This document shows, piece after piece, positions 1 through 15,064 of a DNA stretch of 64,000 bases. The notes beneath the pieces are model-generated. The model ran no database searches. It saw only the letters and a program-made list of their open reading frames with translations, and was not told the DNA's origin. The position numbers were made by a program, and so were the translations under genes. Every line of letters begins with the position of its first letter. Position 1 is the stretch's first letter. The stretch is from the NCBI GenBank assembly GCA_032718475.1, contig JAUCBJ010002735.1, positions 1-64,000 of the forward strand, in the 5' to 3' direction. Source of the stretch: Nemertoderma westbladi. Lineage: Eukaryota > Animalia > Xenacoelomorpha.

Positions 1-175
1 GTCAGACTTTGTGCGTAATCCCTGCCCTAACGACCGAAGAAATCTTTGCTTTTAAATTTTTTTCTTCTAACTAACTGATTGAACAATTTATATTTATACC
101 AATTTATTTTAAATGTTTAAGTATCCATAGGTTTGAATCCACTAATTTTTTCATAACTTATTATTTCTGTTCCAG
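1..175 (+). other. 3' part of upstream intron (branch point and acceptor)
   Basis: AT-rich sequence, ACTAAT branch-like motif at 141-146, pyrimidine tract and TTCCAG acceptor ending at 175. Confidence 0.8.
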
Positions 176-3100
176 GTCAGTGTCGGAGGAAAGTGGTTGG
201 GAATCTGCCACAGAGTCAGATTTTAACGTTAATTGTCAGGAAGTTAAAGTCGGTCGTGAGGACGCCATGTTAAACCCGTATCCGGGATTAATCACTCCAA
301 TATTCCGAGGCCGGGCTCTAAATGAGAAAAACACATGGAACACACTGCATGACATGAAACCCTTCAGCTACTGGGATGACTCGACTTCCGTTATGGATGA
401 ACGAGACAGACAGTTGGTAATCGCGAAATCGGAACACTTCATAATATATTCGCGTCCGAATGTAGTTCGTGCTATTTGGCAGCGATGCGTGGATCGCTAC
501 GATTTGGCGATTAATACGGAATCTGCTAATTGGTTGGAACAATTTCATCGTGTTTCGTTACCAAAGGCCCCGTGTAAACAAACGAGAAGTTGGAAAATGT
601 GTTTCGCCATTGAGGAAATAGGTCCGCGCTTAGTTGGTACGCATGAGATGTTGCACAGCTTCCCTCCAAGTCACACTGCTTCAATAAGGGAGCACACGGA
701 ATGGTGGGGGTCTGCTGTCTGGGTTGAAAGCTACAGTATGGGAGCCCCATTAGCGAACCTAGTGAGTTGGAGCGAGACACGGGATATATCGCTTGTCATT
801 GATTATGTGACTGCTCCTTGGAGGGATAATGTCGACGCTTCACCGATGGACACTGCGAGAGTTGTGTCTCTCATTTGGGGTCAGGGTTCTATCATATCAC
901 CGGAGGAATCGCATTGGGTCCCCTCCATCAATTCGATTGATTGCTCTTACGAATTCAGTCGATGTCATTTAGATTTTGTTGCTCCTGTTAAAGGGGAAGT
1001 CCTTCCGGCAAAAGTTAGTACGATTTGGTGTCGGGCCGGATGGGCTGACCAGGAATGGTATAAAGGTAAGGAAAATATATTTCAGCCTAAACTCGTCAAA
1101 CTTAAAGAAAGTTGTGAAGATTTACAAGATTCAGGAAGTTTTGAAATATCAAAAATCATGCCTCTAATTCTCGCTCATCACGAAATAATAACATTTAAAA
1201 ACACCCAGCCGTTTCTATGCAATTTCAATACTCTGCAACAATTTGCAGTTGAAGAATTTGCTGTTGAGTTTTTTGCTGAGAATTTCGCTACTGCTGGACC
1301 ATTTCTAACGTACAAATCGGGTCTTCTGGAATCCTTGTTGTGGTATGAGATTCGCGGCCATATTAGGAGCATAGAATACGATGAAAGTAGTTTACTAAAT
1401 GAGCCAGAAGTGGAAAAATGTTACCAAGATAAAGGTCGCAACCAGGTTATTTGTGGTGATGCAAAGGGACCCTTGAGTTTGGAATGGATCTCTCCCAGTG
1501 ATTTACCTCAGGAGCCGTCTATATGCCGACCTACAATGAGTGTTGAAGCGGATTTTTTCTCGATTGCTTTTACACACGATCATTGCATTCGAGGGTATCC
1601 AATGGCATCCACAACTATGGATCATATGGACAAACTCGTCACCTTCCTACGTGAGAAACTCGAGAGCGCAATATCTACCGACTGTTCGCGATTGGAGATG
1701 GCCTCACCTAAACGCGAGGTAGTAACCTCGTGGGGGTTGAGCAATCCATTACCACTCGCTTCGTGGTCCTTATCCACCCAATATAATAAATTGCTGCCAC
1801 CAACTGATAGTTTCGACCTGCACGATGTCATTGTTCGCCTAAATTACCCTGAAATTAGAGAATCGTCACCAGTCTGGGGAAATTGTGATTATAGTAACAT
1901 ATACTGGAATAAAACTGGAAGCAATGTCTCCAGTTTTGATTATGAATATGTACCATATGAATATTACACCACTGATGAGAATGAATCTCAAATTATAATT
2001 CCGAAAGTAACAGTGGAAGGTCGAACAGGTGAAGAGTCTTTTGACTGGTATTCTGTTAATCATCTTGATATCTGCATTGACTATGATCCAGTACATTTTT
2101 CACTTGTACTTTCAAATTTAGACTTCAATCCATACACGTTTATTCCAACTATCTGCGGTAGGGCTGATATAATCAGTAGCGTTCTTGATAAGTGTAAACC
2201 GTTTCTGGTTCATATTGAACGACATACTGCAGATACGTCAGTCTCAGTGAACGAAATGAAACAGGAGTTTGGGAGTTCCCTAACATCTATGTATAATTTT
2301 AGTTGGATTGAGAACAACGCACAATTCCAGACCGCCTCACAGTTTACTCACCAAGAGAAGATCATCAATTGTGCAACCGAGTCCTACGTATCTATGCTAA
2401 ATACTGTAGATAAAATTTGGACTTCTGATGTTTACAGTTGTTGCAAACAGATTGAAGTTTTTTGGAATTCGGTTCGCGATGTAGATATACAATTAATTAC
2501 GGATTATGCAAATGCCTTCGAAGAATTTTCCACTTTGAATGAGCCAACTTTCCTTTCTACTGCTGTTTATTGTTTGAGCACAAGTAATGAACATGAAGAG
2601 TGGCTGCACTGTGATATGATAGATATAGATTATGATGCATTTGATCGCACCCATGTACAATGGAATTGCCCAACATGTGTGAATGCAACATCATATAGTG
2701 TTCGAGTGCAAGGTTGTGGTGTTGTTTTATCAGATGTTGGAGATAAACTCGTTCCTTTTATGGATAAACAATATCCTGACAATGCCATATCATCTGCAGA
2801 ATCTCCTGGTTTGGAATGGGAATATGAAGTAAATGTCTGCCGAATAATTAATGTTGGCGCTGACACTAAACTTGGTGAGCAATGGGAGCATTTGTCTTCC
2901 TTTATTTCTTCAGACTTAAAATTATCATTCGCCAATTTGTTAGATATTTACGAGTATGTAATTATGGCTAAGAAGGATTTTGTCAAGGAATTATGTGCAT
3001 CTCAGGTTGCAGGAGTTTCGTGGTTCCACACTTACGATTCATCGGCCTACTTTCCTAACACAGTTACAGCTGCTTTATTTCAAGATGGTGATCACGGATC

Positions 3101-6100
3101 TGCAGCATTCGTTTCTGAGCGTTCTTGGGGTTTGGGATGTGAATACGAAGCTCCGATGTGGGAGACGCTTAATAGTATTTCTACAGAATGCGATCACAGT
3201 AGACTTATTGTTGGTTATGTGATTAGTCTGTGCGATGATCGATGTACCTCAATTACAACAAGTCAAAATGGATTGGGTTATATAAGAGGTGAATTGTGGG
3301 ATCATGTGGGATTATGGATGCAAAATGAGTCGTCAGAAAATGTGTCTTGGACTATTGAGAAACGTGAATCCCATACAGAATATGATATACATACAACACA
3401 CATCTTCTGCAGTTTGAAGAAAGATTCTTTTAACATTCTTTGGGAGAAGTTAGCGTTTTTAATGGTAACAAATATCTCTTATGAGGAATGTTCCGAATCA
3501 GAATTACTGTTTCATCAATGTGCTGATTGCGCACATCCTTTGCAAGTTTATGGGCATCCTAAAGAAATTACTCCCGAGTTTCATTTTGCGAAGGACTTTA
3601 CTGTAAATAAGTTTTCCGAGCATGTGGGATATACTGATGTAGTGTACTGCTATATACCTTTCACTTCAGTGAAAAGTGGATGGTACATATACCAGGGTTG
3701 TGCCCAAATTGGTGATATAAACTGGAATTTGTCTGGATATCACCAAAGTAAACATTTCACAACCGACCTTTGTAGTTTATCTTTTGAAGGCCTTATCGAA
3801 TATGTTTGCCATGGGGAGTGGGTAGTTGTTCATGGAAATATTACTGAAACGTACATTGCCTGGTCCCACGTCAGTGACTTTGGCCATGTACCACATGATG
3901 TTGTTACAGAAAATTATGAACAATCTGCTGAATTATTGAATGGAATTCGGTTTGTTGAATCGTTTGAATTATGCCAAGGACAATTAAATCAACAAAACAT
4001 TTTGTGGGACAGAGTTGTTTCTTCAAAACATCACGAATATGAGAATGTAGATATTACCGAGGAAAGGTTGACGACGTTTGAAATACAAGGTTTTGAGAAA
4101 GTTCAAGTTTTGGGGTCTGAAATCAGAAATGCCGTGTCCTGGTTACAAGGACAATCATTTGAAAAACATTTGGAAATGACCCATGCAATTGAAATGGAAA
4201 TGTTCTCAAATCTTTCAGTTTGCTTTGGGAGTTTTAAAGCGATTGTGGAAGGAACACATTTGTTCAAGGATGAAGCTGAATGGATATTGGTCTCTGAAAT
4301 TGATTTTCTTGATTACCGTAAAGAATATGCTGTATTTGCTAATATAAACTTCAAACATATTTGTTATAATGGGATTCATATTGATATATTGTACTGCTAT
4401 GGAATTGAAATGTACAATGATTGGGAAAGGGTTGACAATTTGAGATATAAATTAACTTTAGAGACAGCTGGCTTTGAGATAGAAACCCAACCAACATTGA
4501 GTAAGGGCTACAATCTTGTTACTGATCGCGAATTGGCCAGTGCCCATCCTGATTCTTTTGTTTTGATGTGGAATTTTTGCAATGCCCTTGAATTTCAGTC
4601 TCATCAAAAACATTTCGCAGATGTTTCAGAAGATGGGGAAACTCTTCGATCCACACAGGTTACATTTACTTTTTGTTATGGATTCCCAAAATTGGTTAAT
4701 TTTCAGTGGCATTCACTGTCGGACTTATTTGAGGAATTAAACTCCGAGACACCATTTTATGTGGAACATGTAACACCTGCAGTTACAGATTATGCAAGAG
4801 AAATAACTACCACTTACGGATGGGCAATTGGTAATGCATACGAGCAGTGGGAGCAGTTAGGCAGTGTTAATTTCTCTACATCAACAAAGCAAATACAATT
4901 CTGTGCCGCAAATATGTGGAGTTATGCTACTACTCATCCGAAATCTACTGTGTTTGGATCAATTCAGCAGGAATATCAGGAATTCTTCAATTTAGGTCAC
5001 TTGGAAGTCTCCTCGCCATCATCTGAGAATATAACAAGATTGATAATCGAAGGAGATCAAATGCCATTGAAAGTTGATCACAATTTTTCCCAATCGCTAT
5101 GTTGCGCATATCAAAAGGAGGAAGATGACTTCTTGGAGTATTTAGGCACATTGAAAAAGTCAGGATCTGTGTTGGAAATGGCGGGGGGATCTTGGGATTC
5201 AAATTTATTGGAGAATGTGGAAAAAGTTTCTTCATCCAAAGAATGCGGTAGAGGTCTAGTTGTAAGTAATTCATGGTTCAACACAGATATATTTGAAAGC
5301 AAATACATTACTGATTGGGCTGTTTTATGTGAACATAATTTTCATTTCAATAGCACTTATAGAACTTTTGTTACTCAATCTATGGGATTTGCTGATGAAA
5401 GGTTTGTGGTCAGTTGGGAAACGTTATTTTACAGAGATACTCAGTCTATTCAATTGGATGTCGCTGAATGGACCGTGCAATCTGATATTTTCGCTGTTGG
5501 TTCCTCATTTTATACTATAGTTCATGGAGAAAGTGTTATTATAGATATTGAATTAGGAAAGGGATTAGAAAGAAACTTTGAATATATTCAAGAAACTGTT
5601 GTGTATGAGACAGAACCGAAGGTCTATTGGTACATTGCGACGCGATGCAGTTCCGTTGTGTATTGTATGATGGGGATAAACACTTATGATGACATGTGGG
5701 AAACCGTTGGAAACTTAAATATCAGAAAAGATCTTGATTTAGCAAATTGGAGTGGAAAGAAGACAGAAATATATAAAGCCTCGATTACACCTCGAGCCAC
5801 AATACATTACCATGAAATTCATGATAACATTTCTTGGTGCCGACTCGGTAGCTTTAGCGGAGATGTCATCCACCAGGAGGCATCTCAGGGATACGAGTCG
5901 TACTGGATGACTACCGATGTAAGTGTGGTGGCTGCGTTACCTAAAGGCCATGCCTCGATTGAGAGTGAGGAAGAAAGATGGGAGATAATTTATAGTGCAT
6001 TTTATGGGAAGCCTTCAACTGAACAGGTCAACTGGAGCCATTATTTGTTTCAACACAATATAGGTCTTTGTCATGATAAGACCAGTGTATATGGGTGTGT

Positions 6101-9100
6101 TGACAATGGATTTACCTCTTGGGATAAAGATAAAACTATTGAAAAATTTATATCATTTGAGGAAAACGCAGTGTATAGTTGTGATTGGTTCTCAAGTCAC
6201 TTTGGCACAATTGACATGGCAGTTCTACTATGCAAGGCTTCAATAGACGAAGTTGAGGATCGTTGGTATTGTGTGAACTATCAGAAAACCGGATCAGAAT
6301 ATGCTGCTTCTTGCAATGTCGTCGAACATTGTCAAGTATTAATGACTCATTCAAAAAAGCAATACTCATTAAAACATGGTTTTGGAATTAGTCAACGAAT
6401 GAATTGGCACGAATTGGTATCCCATACACCTAGGATTTCGACAGAAGTCGCTCATTGTCTGGATCATGATGAATTATTGTGTTGTGATTATAGAGTTTTT
6501 CAAGTGAGAGTGTCTGCATGTGGTGACTTTGACACCACCAGTCATTGGTTTTCCTTAGGCTTCTTTGATAAGCACGAAGCCAATCAAGCAACAGCTGCAT
6601 TCCTTTCACAACAGTATGAATTAAGTGTTGCAAATTACAGTTACTCGGACACGTTTTGCAATGCTAAAGAGGAAGAAATATTCCTAACGAAAGCAAATTA
6701 TTGGGATGCGCAATATTATTCAGAATATGCTGATTACGATTTAAATCCCTATGTTTCATTTCCAGTCGCGAATTTATCTGTCATTAATGTATGTGGCAAT
6801 GAAATTGAGCATCTGTTACATGAGACATGGTCCATTGGGTCAGTTTTAGTGTCTGCACAAGACAATGTGGAATATGCAAAACATGTATTGTCGTATTCTG
6901 CATATTTTCAACTTCATGGAGGTTCATTGTATTCTACTAGAGGTTTTGGTGATGTTCATCATGTTAAGTGGTGCACTACTGGTTCATTTGAATGGGAATT
7001 CGTTTCTGAAAATGCTTATGAGACTGTTGAAACAACAGGTCTGGATGAGGCTAAAACTAGTAATCGAGCCATTATTCAAGGTGTGTCTAAGTCGGTAGAC
7101 ACAAATAAAGGGGAAATTTATTGTGAAACATTTTATCCTAAAACCGGAACTATTACTTTAGATATTTCCATAGAACGCCACTCTTCATTTAATCATGCTG
7201 TTTCTCACCATCCAAAGGTTTCCGGTGAGTTAATATATAATTCGCAATTATGGGAAATCTGTCACAACATCGAAATCGTCCCTGAAGCTAAATGTTTTCC
7301 AACCTTTCAAAGTGATACCATTACAATACTTTATGGAAGTACATCCACTACGGCCTATATCCGTGGTCAGGAATCTATACTGCCGAATACTTGGGATGCT
7401 GCGTTACTTGTTGAATATTCAAGCTACTCTACAGAATCTGTCGACATATCTGTCCAAGGTCGGAATTTATCAACGGCTGGGTTTTCATGGGATCTCACAG
7501 TAGGCCAAGCAATTACCAATTCTGACAAGTGGAATACCACCGGTGTCTTTCAATTTAGTATGGCTTTTGAAAGTGCTTCTGGGAGTCTAATATTCACCTC
7601 GACTCAGAAAGACATAGTTTCATGTCAATTCTTTGCATCGGGATTCGGAATTCTGGAATCCCATGATGGCGATTTTGAATTTGCTCTCCCTTACAATTCA
7701 GATACAAGAAAAACCGCTTATGTCACATTAAAACAACACTTTGATTTTGGAGGCTTTCACCATACTGTTAGTTGTGAAGTCATCAAATGTAGTTCTGTTG
7801 AGAACAGTCTTACATGGGAAAGCTTGGGATCACATCAATATATATGCACATTAGAATATGCAGATGCCTCTGTTGAGGATGGCTACTTAACAACAAGTTA
7901 CATATCTTCTAGTCAATTGCCATATTGCAAAGCATCCCAGGAAGGTATTTCAGACTGTTTGCAGTTTTGCCTAATTACTCGGTATTCTGGGTTTGGAACT
8001 GAAAGTGCTGCCTTCGAGTTTCAATCACATGATGTTTATATGGGGGTTGTTTCATCACATGAAGCTTGTTGGGGTGAAGCTTTATCTACTGATGAGTTAT
8101 GGTATTTTACACATGATTTTAATATATATGTAACATATGACGAAACCGCAGTAAGTGAACATCACATAAACTACCGAACAACATATAATAGTTTTACACC
8201 AATTCAACTTGCAAATGAATTAATTGAATTTGGAAAAGATTGGCAAAGTTGTGATCTTATAACTGATACAGAATTCCATCATCTTCACTTGGCATCTCTC
8301 CCTTATAAGAAAGAAGGCTGTGAATGTTCTTATGGTTTACGGATTCATGGTCAGTCGATCGAAGGAGAATGTTTAGTATGGGAAAGATTGGGTAATGTAT
8401 TTCATGGAAGTACTGGTAAAGAATGTGCTAGCTATAGTCAAGGGATTGATATTGTCAATTTTTTGGCAAATTACCACAAAGATGTGACAATTTCAAAAAG
8501 TGAAGAGAATGATATAGGTGTATTATGGAATATTGGAAATGTGTTTTATTCACAGCAGTTAGATTGCGACTTTGCAAAATATGAATTATGTCACACTCGG
8601 ACAAGTATTGCTACTGTGCAGCGCCACTCCTGTGTATTTGGGACCAGCATTAATGTCAGAGATCAGTGGAGTTCAACTAAAGTGCTTGCAGTAGAAATGT
8701 TGCTTGAAACCGCAAATCTACTTATTTGCAATGTGCAACATTTTACTGGTCATTTTCCTCATCAATTAGTTGAACACGGATCTCCAAATGTTTGTAGATT
8801 GGAAGAAGACTGGTATTCTGCCGAGCTGTTGTACAGAACAGAATTTCATCAGGACAGAGCTGCCATTATATCACAACATTTCAATTTGGAGAAAGTTAAA
8901 ATTACTTTGAATGAAGGCGTATTAACTGCAGCAGACGAGTCTTATATTTTCTGGCATGCTGCTGATGATTTCTTATATTCAGTTAACGATGAATCCGCTG
9001 ATACATTTATCGAGTATTGGCATCTTCAAAACTCTGCGAATTTATCCAAAAGCATAAATATGTGCTCAGCTGATGATGGAGATTTTTTTATTGATTATCT

Positions 9101-12100
9101 TAAGGCAACTTCCTTAGATGGCATTTGGTATGAAACTGAGAGTTGCAAATTTATTTGCCATTCTGAACAAAGTTTCCAAGCTAGTGCTACATTCGGTTTA
9201 GTTATATTTGGTGATGCAGTTTTGTGTCAGACTGGGTCTAAATCAATGCAGGAGCTTCTGCTGAAAGAAACTCAATGTGATTTTGCTAATGTGTCAGTTA
9301 TTGTAGATATGCATTCTTGTCAAATGCTCTCATCTATTGTTTATGGTGCGGCTCAAACGGTTGAAGAAATCTTCCTTTTTGGAGAAAAGTTCGAGGCGAA
9401 GCAACTTTACTATGAGAATGCCAATACCTTTGATGTGGTTTGTATACTTGGAACAACTAAATCTGGCAAAGTTATGACGTACGGCAAAGCCGAAATAAGT
9501 AGTTCTGTATGGCAACATCTGGGACAATATAATCCGATCGTTCGTACAGAAGAATATGCCACCAAAGATACTGAGCTTGGGTTCTTACAAGGGAGATTAA
9601 CTTCTTTTAGGCCTATTATGTATCGTATAGTATTTGATGAGTTTGAAATTGCCACTTGGGGAAGGTTAGATTTATTATCTTCTCGTAGTGAAGGTCTAGA
9701 ACAGGCAAACACCCTCCAGGAACACGATCTTTATCAGCCAGCTCTTTTAAAATCATTCCATCGTTGTCATGGAAGAGAAATCATTGAGCATGAGGATTGG
9801 TCATGGACAGAAACCTCTAGGTATACTTTTTACACTGAAACTGCCGACTGGATCGTTGAGGACATTAAATTTGCATGCAACTACGAGAAAGGATCAGAAC
9901 AAATGAGGGCATTCTCTAGTGATAGTGTTGAAGAAGTATCATTTAGTTTTCTGTCTTATGAATTGAAGAAATCACATTACAATGAATATGCACATTTTCA
10001 ACAAGTTTATATACCTCTGAATGAGAAAGCTGATAGACACAGTGTAATCATTTTTGGAATTGGGATAACAACAAAGTGGAAATGGTCGAATGTATCCGCA
10101 CTTGATACGGATTATACGGTATATAATGGAAGTGTTTTGCAACATGAGGCTCACCTCCATGGCAATTTAAATATTGAATTCACTGTTATATGGGGAGATA
10201 GCCGGATTGCTTTCGGAGAACCCTACCAGCGTTTAGATTCTTTCGATCGCTTTCATGTTATCCTTGATGAAGTTGATGTGATAACATATGGTCCAACCTT
10301 AGAGAATGTAAACACATGGGAATTTTGGCAGGTTTGTGGATTCGGTATAGTTGATCAATGGCAAACCGAATCGCTGCCAAAATTTTCATGCAATTTTGAG
10401 GCCGATTTTGCTACTGCATCAACTTTTTGGGATATGTCAAAATGTACCTTGAATAAATCTCAAGATATTACAATGGGATTTGGTTATATAACCACTTCAT
10501 GGGTAGATGAGCAATTAATTTTCTTTGACTCCACATTTTATGCCAATGCCATGTTTATTGTTGAGCCTGATTGGTTCTCTGGAAAGTTTGCGATATCCAA
10601 ACCAACCGCACATGGGCATACTATCCTCATGGAAGAGGTGTGGTTTAGTGGCAATGAGTTCCCTAAAGGCGAATACCACTTATCAGAAGTCGATTATTCT
10701 GAAAGTTCTGATATTCATTGGTTCACTGCCGGTATATTAGAGTCTGCTTTGTGTGGAATTGGAATTCAAGAGCAATTTATTGATAATTGGAAAACATTAG
10801 AAGAACTCCAATCGCACGATTATGTTTGGGCAGCAGCTGTAACTATTATGGAAGGTGTACCAGAGCTCTCGCTTGTTGGACAGAGTTATTCAACGATGTG
10901 GGGACTAAATTCTTATGACGACCAGAAATGGGACTCCAGCATGGAATTTTTCAGTTTTGTTATGCGAGATCAAGTTTCATCTACTTTGGAATCAGAATTT
11001 ATATCTAATTTTTCCACTAGGGAATGTTTCACAACATTCGGCCAATATTTACATCAGGAATCCGACTGGGAATCTGCGGTTATTTTTCAGGCCTCTGATA
11101 TTCCTGGTGATAGGGTCAAAACCATCCATGACTATTTTCAACTATCCCAAATTTGCGATAAAAAACAGATTGTCTGTAATGGATACGGGTTATATACCGA
11201 AGAAACTTGGCAACACGTTTTGGATTTTGAGAAATGTTTGATGACTGACAGAATATCATTGGAAGTATCTTGCCAGAAGTTCGAAATAAATATTGGTGTT
11301 CACTCCAATTCTGAATGGTGCATGCCACAAATTGATTCATTCCAACAGTTTGTTGATCACGACCAACCATTAGAAAAATTACAACTAGATTTCGAGTACA
11401 CTTCAGTAGATATTTTCTCAGTTAGCTTGGTGCAGCATGCGATGTCTTGCAAAAAAATTACATACGGGTTGCCTTGTTCCAATTTGAATAATTGGGATTG
11501 TGTCTTTGAGTTTGAAGGAATGGAAGCTCACCTTGCTTCTTGGATAATTGAAGAATTTGGATTACAAAGCAATGTAGTCAGTATGAGGGGAAGTAAGATG
11601 GGTTTTGCTGAAGTTGATCACCATTACTTTCATCTAGAACATGTATTCCCCTATACTAAAGACGCACCTCAGTTAGATGTATCCTCAGTGAGCATGGAAA
11701 CCGGCTTTCACCCTGGCATTGTGCAATGCGACTGGGAATGCATTCAAGGGAGACATATTCATAACGATATTGAGGCTGAAGGTGTCAGAGAACAAATAGA
11801 TTTCCATTACAAAACCGTCAACGCTATTGAAAATATATTTTATTATTCCCCTAATGAACACTACGAAACGTCGTTTGGTGTGCCATTGTGTAACCACATA
11901 ATATCATTATTCACCACCGACTGGGAAAGTGCGATGCTTTCATGGCCGGGAGGTCTGGAAATGGAATACTGCCATGTTTCACTTCAAGAAAGCTTTCAAG
12001 AATTTGATGCTGAATCAATCCAGACACTTGTTCATGGCTGGGAGATTAGTGGTGAATATGAGTATGATTTTGCGTGGCCTTATAAGAAGGAAGTTCACAA

Positions 12101-15064
12101 AGAGCATGTGTCCGAAGAATTCCAGTGGTCTTCTTTCAACACAAATTACAATAGTTACATACACAAGGAAATTGCAAAAGGAGTGGAAGATGAGGATTTT
12201 ATATTTTGGTCACTAACCTCTCCTTACGAAGCCTACAGAGATAATATTAGTTATGCGAATTTTTATTATGATGTTAAAGAGGCCACAAGCATAGGGCACA
12301 CATATCAGAGCATTGTCTTTGGTAATTTTACAGAGGAAATAATTGACTGGGAAAATGTTTGCGAATTCGAAGGAATATCGTACGAGACTATAAATAGAGT
12401 GGAGTGCCAGTGGCTTGGCCTTGGTACTGCTGCTACTGAATTATCGACATCTTGGAATTTTGGATATCAAACATCAGAGTATAACCTATTTGATTATTCA
12501 TTGCCGTTTGTTAAGACATCTCTTTCTAAAGAATATGCTACTTATGACTTTGAAGTTGAACTCAATTTTGGCTATAGTGGAAAAAGCATTGCACTTCTTC
12601 ACGGTGATGAAATTGAGAATGAATTGAAATGGGAATTTACAAAAAGCTTCAACATATTTACTCAGTTAGATGAGGTTTTTGAGCACTATGCTCAGGATGT
12701 AACTTTTTATGAATCAAATATTATACATGATATAATGTTTGGCAAAAGCCACGAAAATTATGTGGATGACCAGGGTCTAACTACAGGGTTTTATGTAAAT
12801 CCGGAATTACGACTTGAATTTGCGGATGAGATCATAGAAGATCATTTTCTTGGTCGAGACCTTCGCCAGTATCAAGATAAGTATCTTGCATACCATGACA
12901 GCAATGAAATTGCATGGAATGAACTTGGAATTTTTCATGGAATTCAACACCAAACTATTGATGGTTGGACGGAGACAGAGATGGGGTTTAGCAGTTCGGG
13001 GTCTTTTTTTTACAATATTGTTTGTTTGGGGAACCAGGATGTTGACCTTCGAGACTGGCAGTTTTGTAATGATGTTATTCGACGGCAACATGTTACAGAA
13101 AAAGCGATGATAGTGGTTGTTGTTGGATGTCTAGAAATGTTGTCCCAAAGAACTTGGAATAAGATCAATGGTGATTGTATTGAGAATGAAGTAATGTATA
13201 TTTATGCTCTGGAATTTAATCTCTATCATAATCTGTACCATGCCAAACTCAGTGAAGAGTACTGTTTGTTTCACAAGACATTTGGTGTTGATGTAAATTA
13301 CACCTGGGGTATAGCTTTTGAATCTACCCATGATTTTGATTATGATGTGTTAGTAGTACATGGATCTAGACAAGCAATTGTTGAGTTTGCTGATATTTCA
13401 ATGACTGTCGATAAATGTGCTGCCAATGTCTCTCGAGTCTTTACAACTGTTAGTGGCAAACAGATTGAAGATTGTGTTCAATGGGATATTGTTATGGAAA
13501 CTGAAAAATTAAATTTTGAAAGAACTGAGTATGAAATCGGAGAACAAGTTGGTTGGTCATTTAGTGGTCAAACAAAATCATTAACTCTGAATCATCCTTA
13601 TTCAGAGATTACATTTAATGAAACAGATAAACTCGTTCCGTATGAAACAACCTCATTCAACACTGCAATGGCAAACTTTGAATTCTACCATCAATCCTTC
13701 GACACATTTGTTGAGAAGGATTATCACGTTATCCAAGGTGTGCCAGTTCTAAATTTCCAAGAATATGATTTTGCTTTTGAGTACTTTAGACGTATTGCAA
13801 CAGAATCTGCATTTTATCAAGAGGATTACTGCATGCCTGAATCAGAATATGAAACCTGGTACAGCAAAACTTGGGGTAGACAAATTGATAATGACGATGA
13901 AATGCAATGGTGCTTTGCTAATCGTTATACCAAACCGTCGCTTAACGTTGATTTTGTTGGCGTTTCCATCTGCGAGTTTGAAATTGAAAGAAACCCAAAT
14001 ATATATTATTCGACAGAATCTGGAACTGCTCTGGAAACTTTAATAAACTGGAATATTTCGGGCGATATTTGTAGGACTAAATTTTCCTACGTCGACGGAT
14101 TTACTTATGAATGCCATGGGTTTAACACAGGTAAAATTGATTATTCTACTTCCTTAGCTATGGCGGATGTGTTATCAGATTTCCAAGGATGTGAACAAAC
14201 AATGGATTTCATAGGCCATCTTTTTGGCGAGGCTAAGTCATGTCTTAGTGTTAGTGACTGGCGTATGCAACGATCTGTCCAATCACGTTGGGTCTGTGTC
14301 CAAGGCCACTCTGTCGATGTCCATGAAGAATGGAATTCAACCAACGCATTGGTTACCCATCGCTCGCAGGACTCTGCTTTAATGACAATTGTTTTGAAAC
14401 GATTTGGTGTTTCAAGTTGGAAAGATCCCAGAATATACTGGGGTTGCGCAATGGATCAACTGATTGAAGCAGAACTCGGAATTCTCACTCCAATGAATCA
14501 AATTCAACGAGTTTACGACCACCCATGTATTGATTACGAAGACCAATTTATTTGGGGTAAATTAACCTGGTCTCGCCCTCAGTATGAAACTCAGGAGGTT
14601 TATTTGTATACATTAATGGAAAATGTATCTGCTAAGAGAGTCTGGGATACTGTCAACGCCTCAGTAGCTTATGCTGAATGGCCTGCATACCACACTGCAT
14701 CTATACGTGTATCTTCCTCTTGGTGTAGTCACGATGAGCTTTCGGAAGTCGTGTGTTTAGAAACGCTATCCCGTCACAGGAGTTATTCTCCCCGACTAGA
14801 AACAGCTGTAGCAGATACAACCGAAATATGCTATCACTCTGCGCTGCTCCAATCACAACGTTGTGTCTACGGTGAGGCTGTTTTAGAAGAAACTGATTGG
14901 CTGTCTGTAATGGAATATAGACGTTACTCAGCACGAAGTGAATTAGAATTTTCTACCCACTGGGTCCAATTGGGTAGGTCTACATCTAGAGATAGACCTG
15001 TTGTTTGGGGAAGAACGGATGACGACATGTTGCCATTGGATACCGGATGGCTCAACGAATTTCG
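176..15064 (+). CDS. Giant exon A (14,889 nt, phase 2-2)
   Basis: Matches ORF 180..15068. Acceptor ttctgttccAG|G and donor CG|GTAAGT at 15065; the ORF 'stop' TAA is part of the donor. Length is a multiple of 3. Confidence 0.9.
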
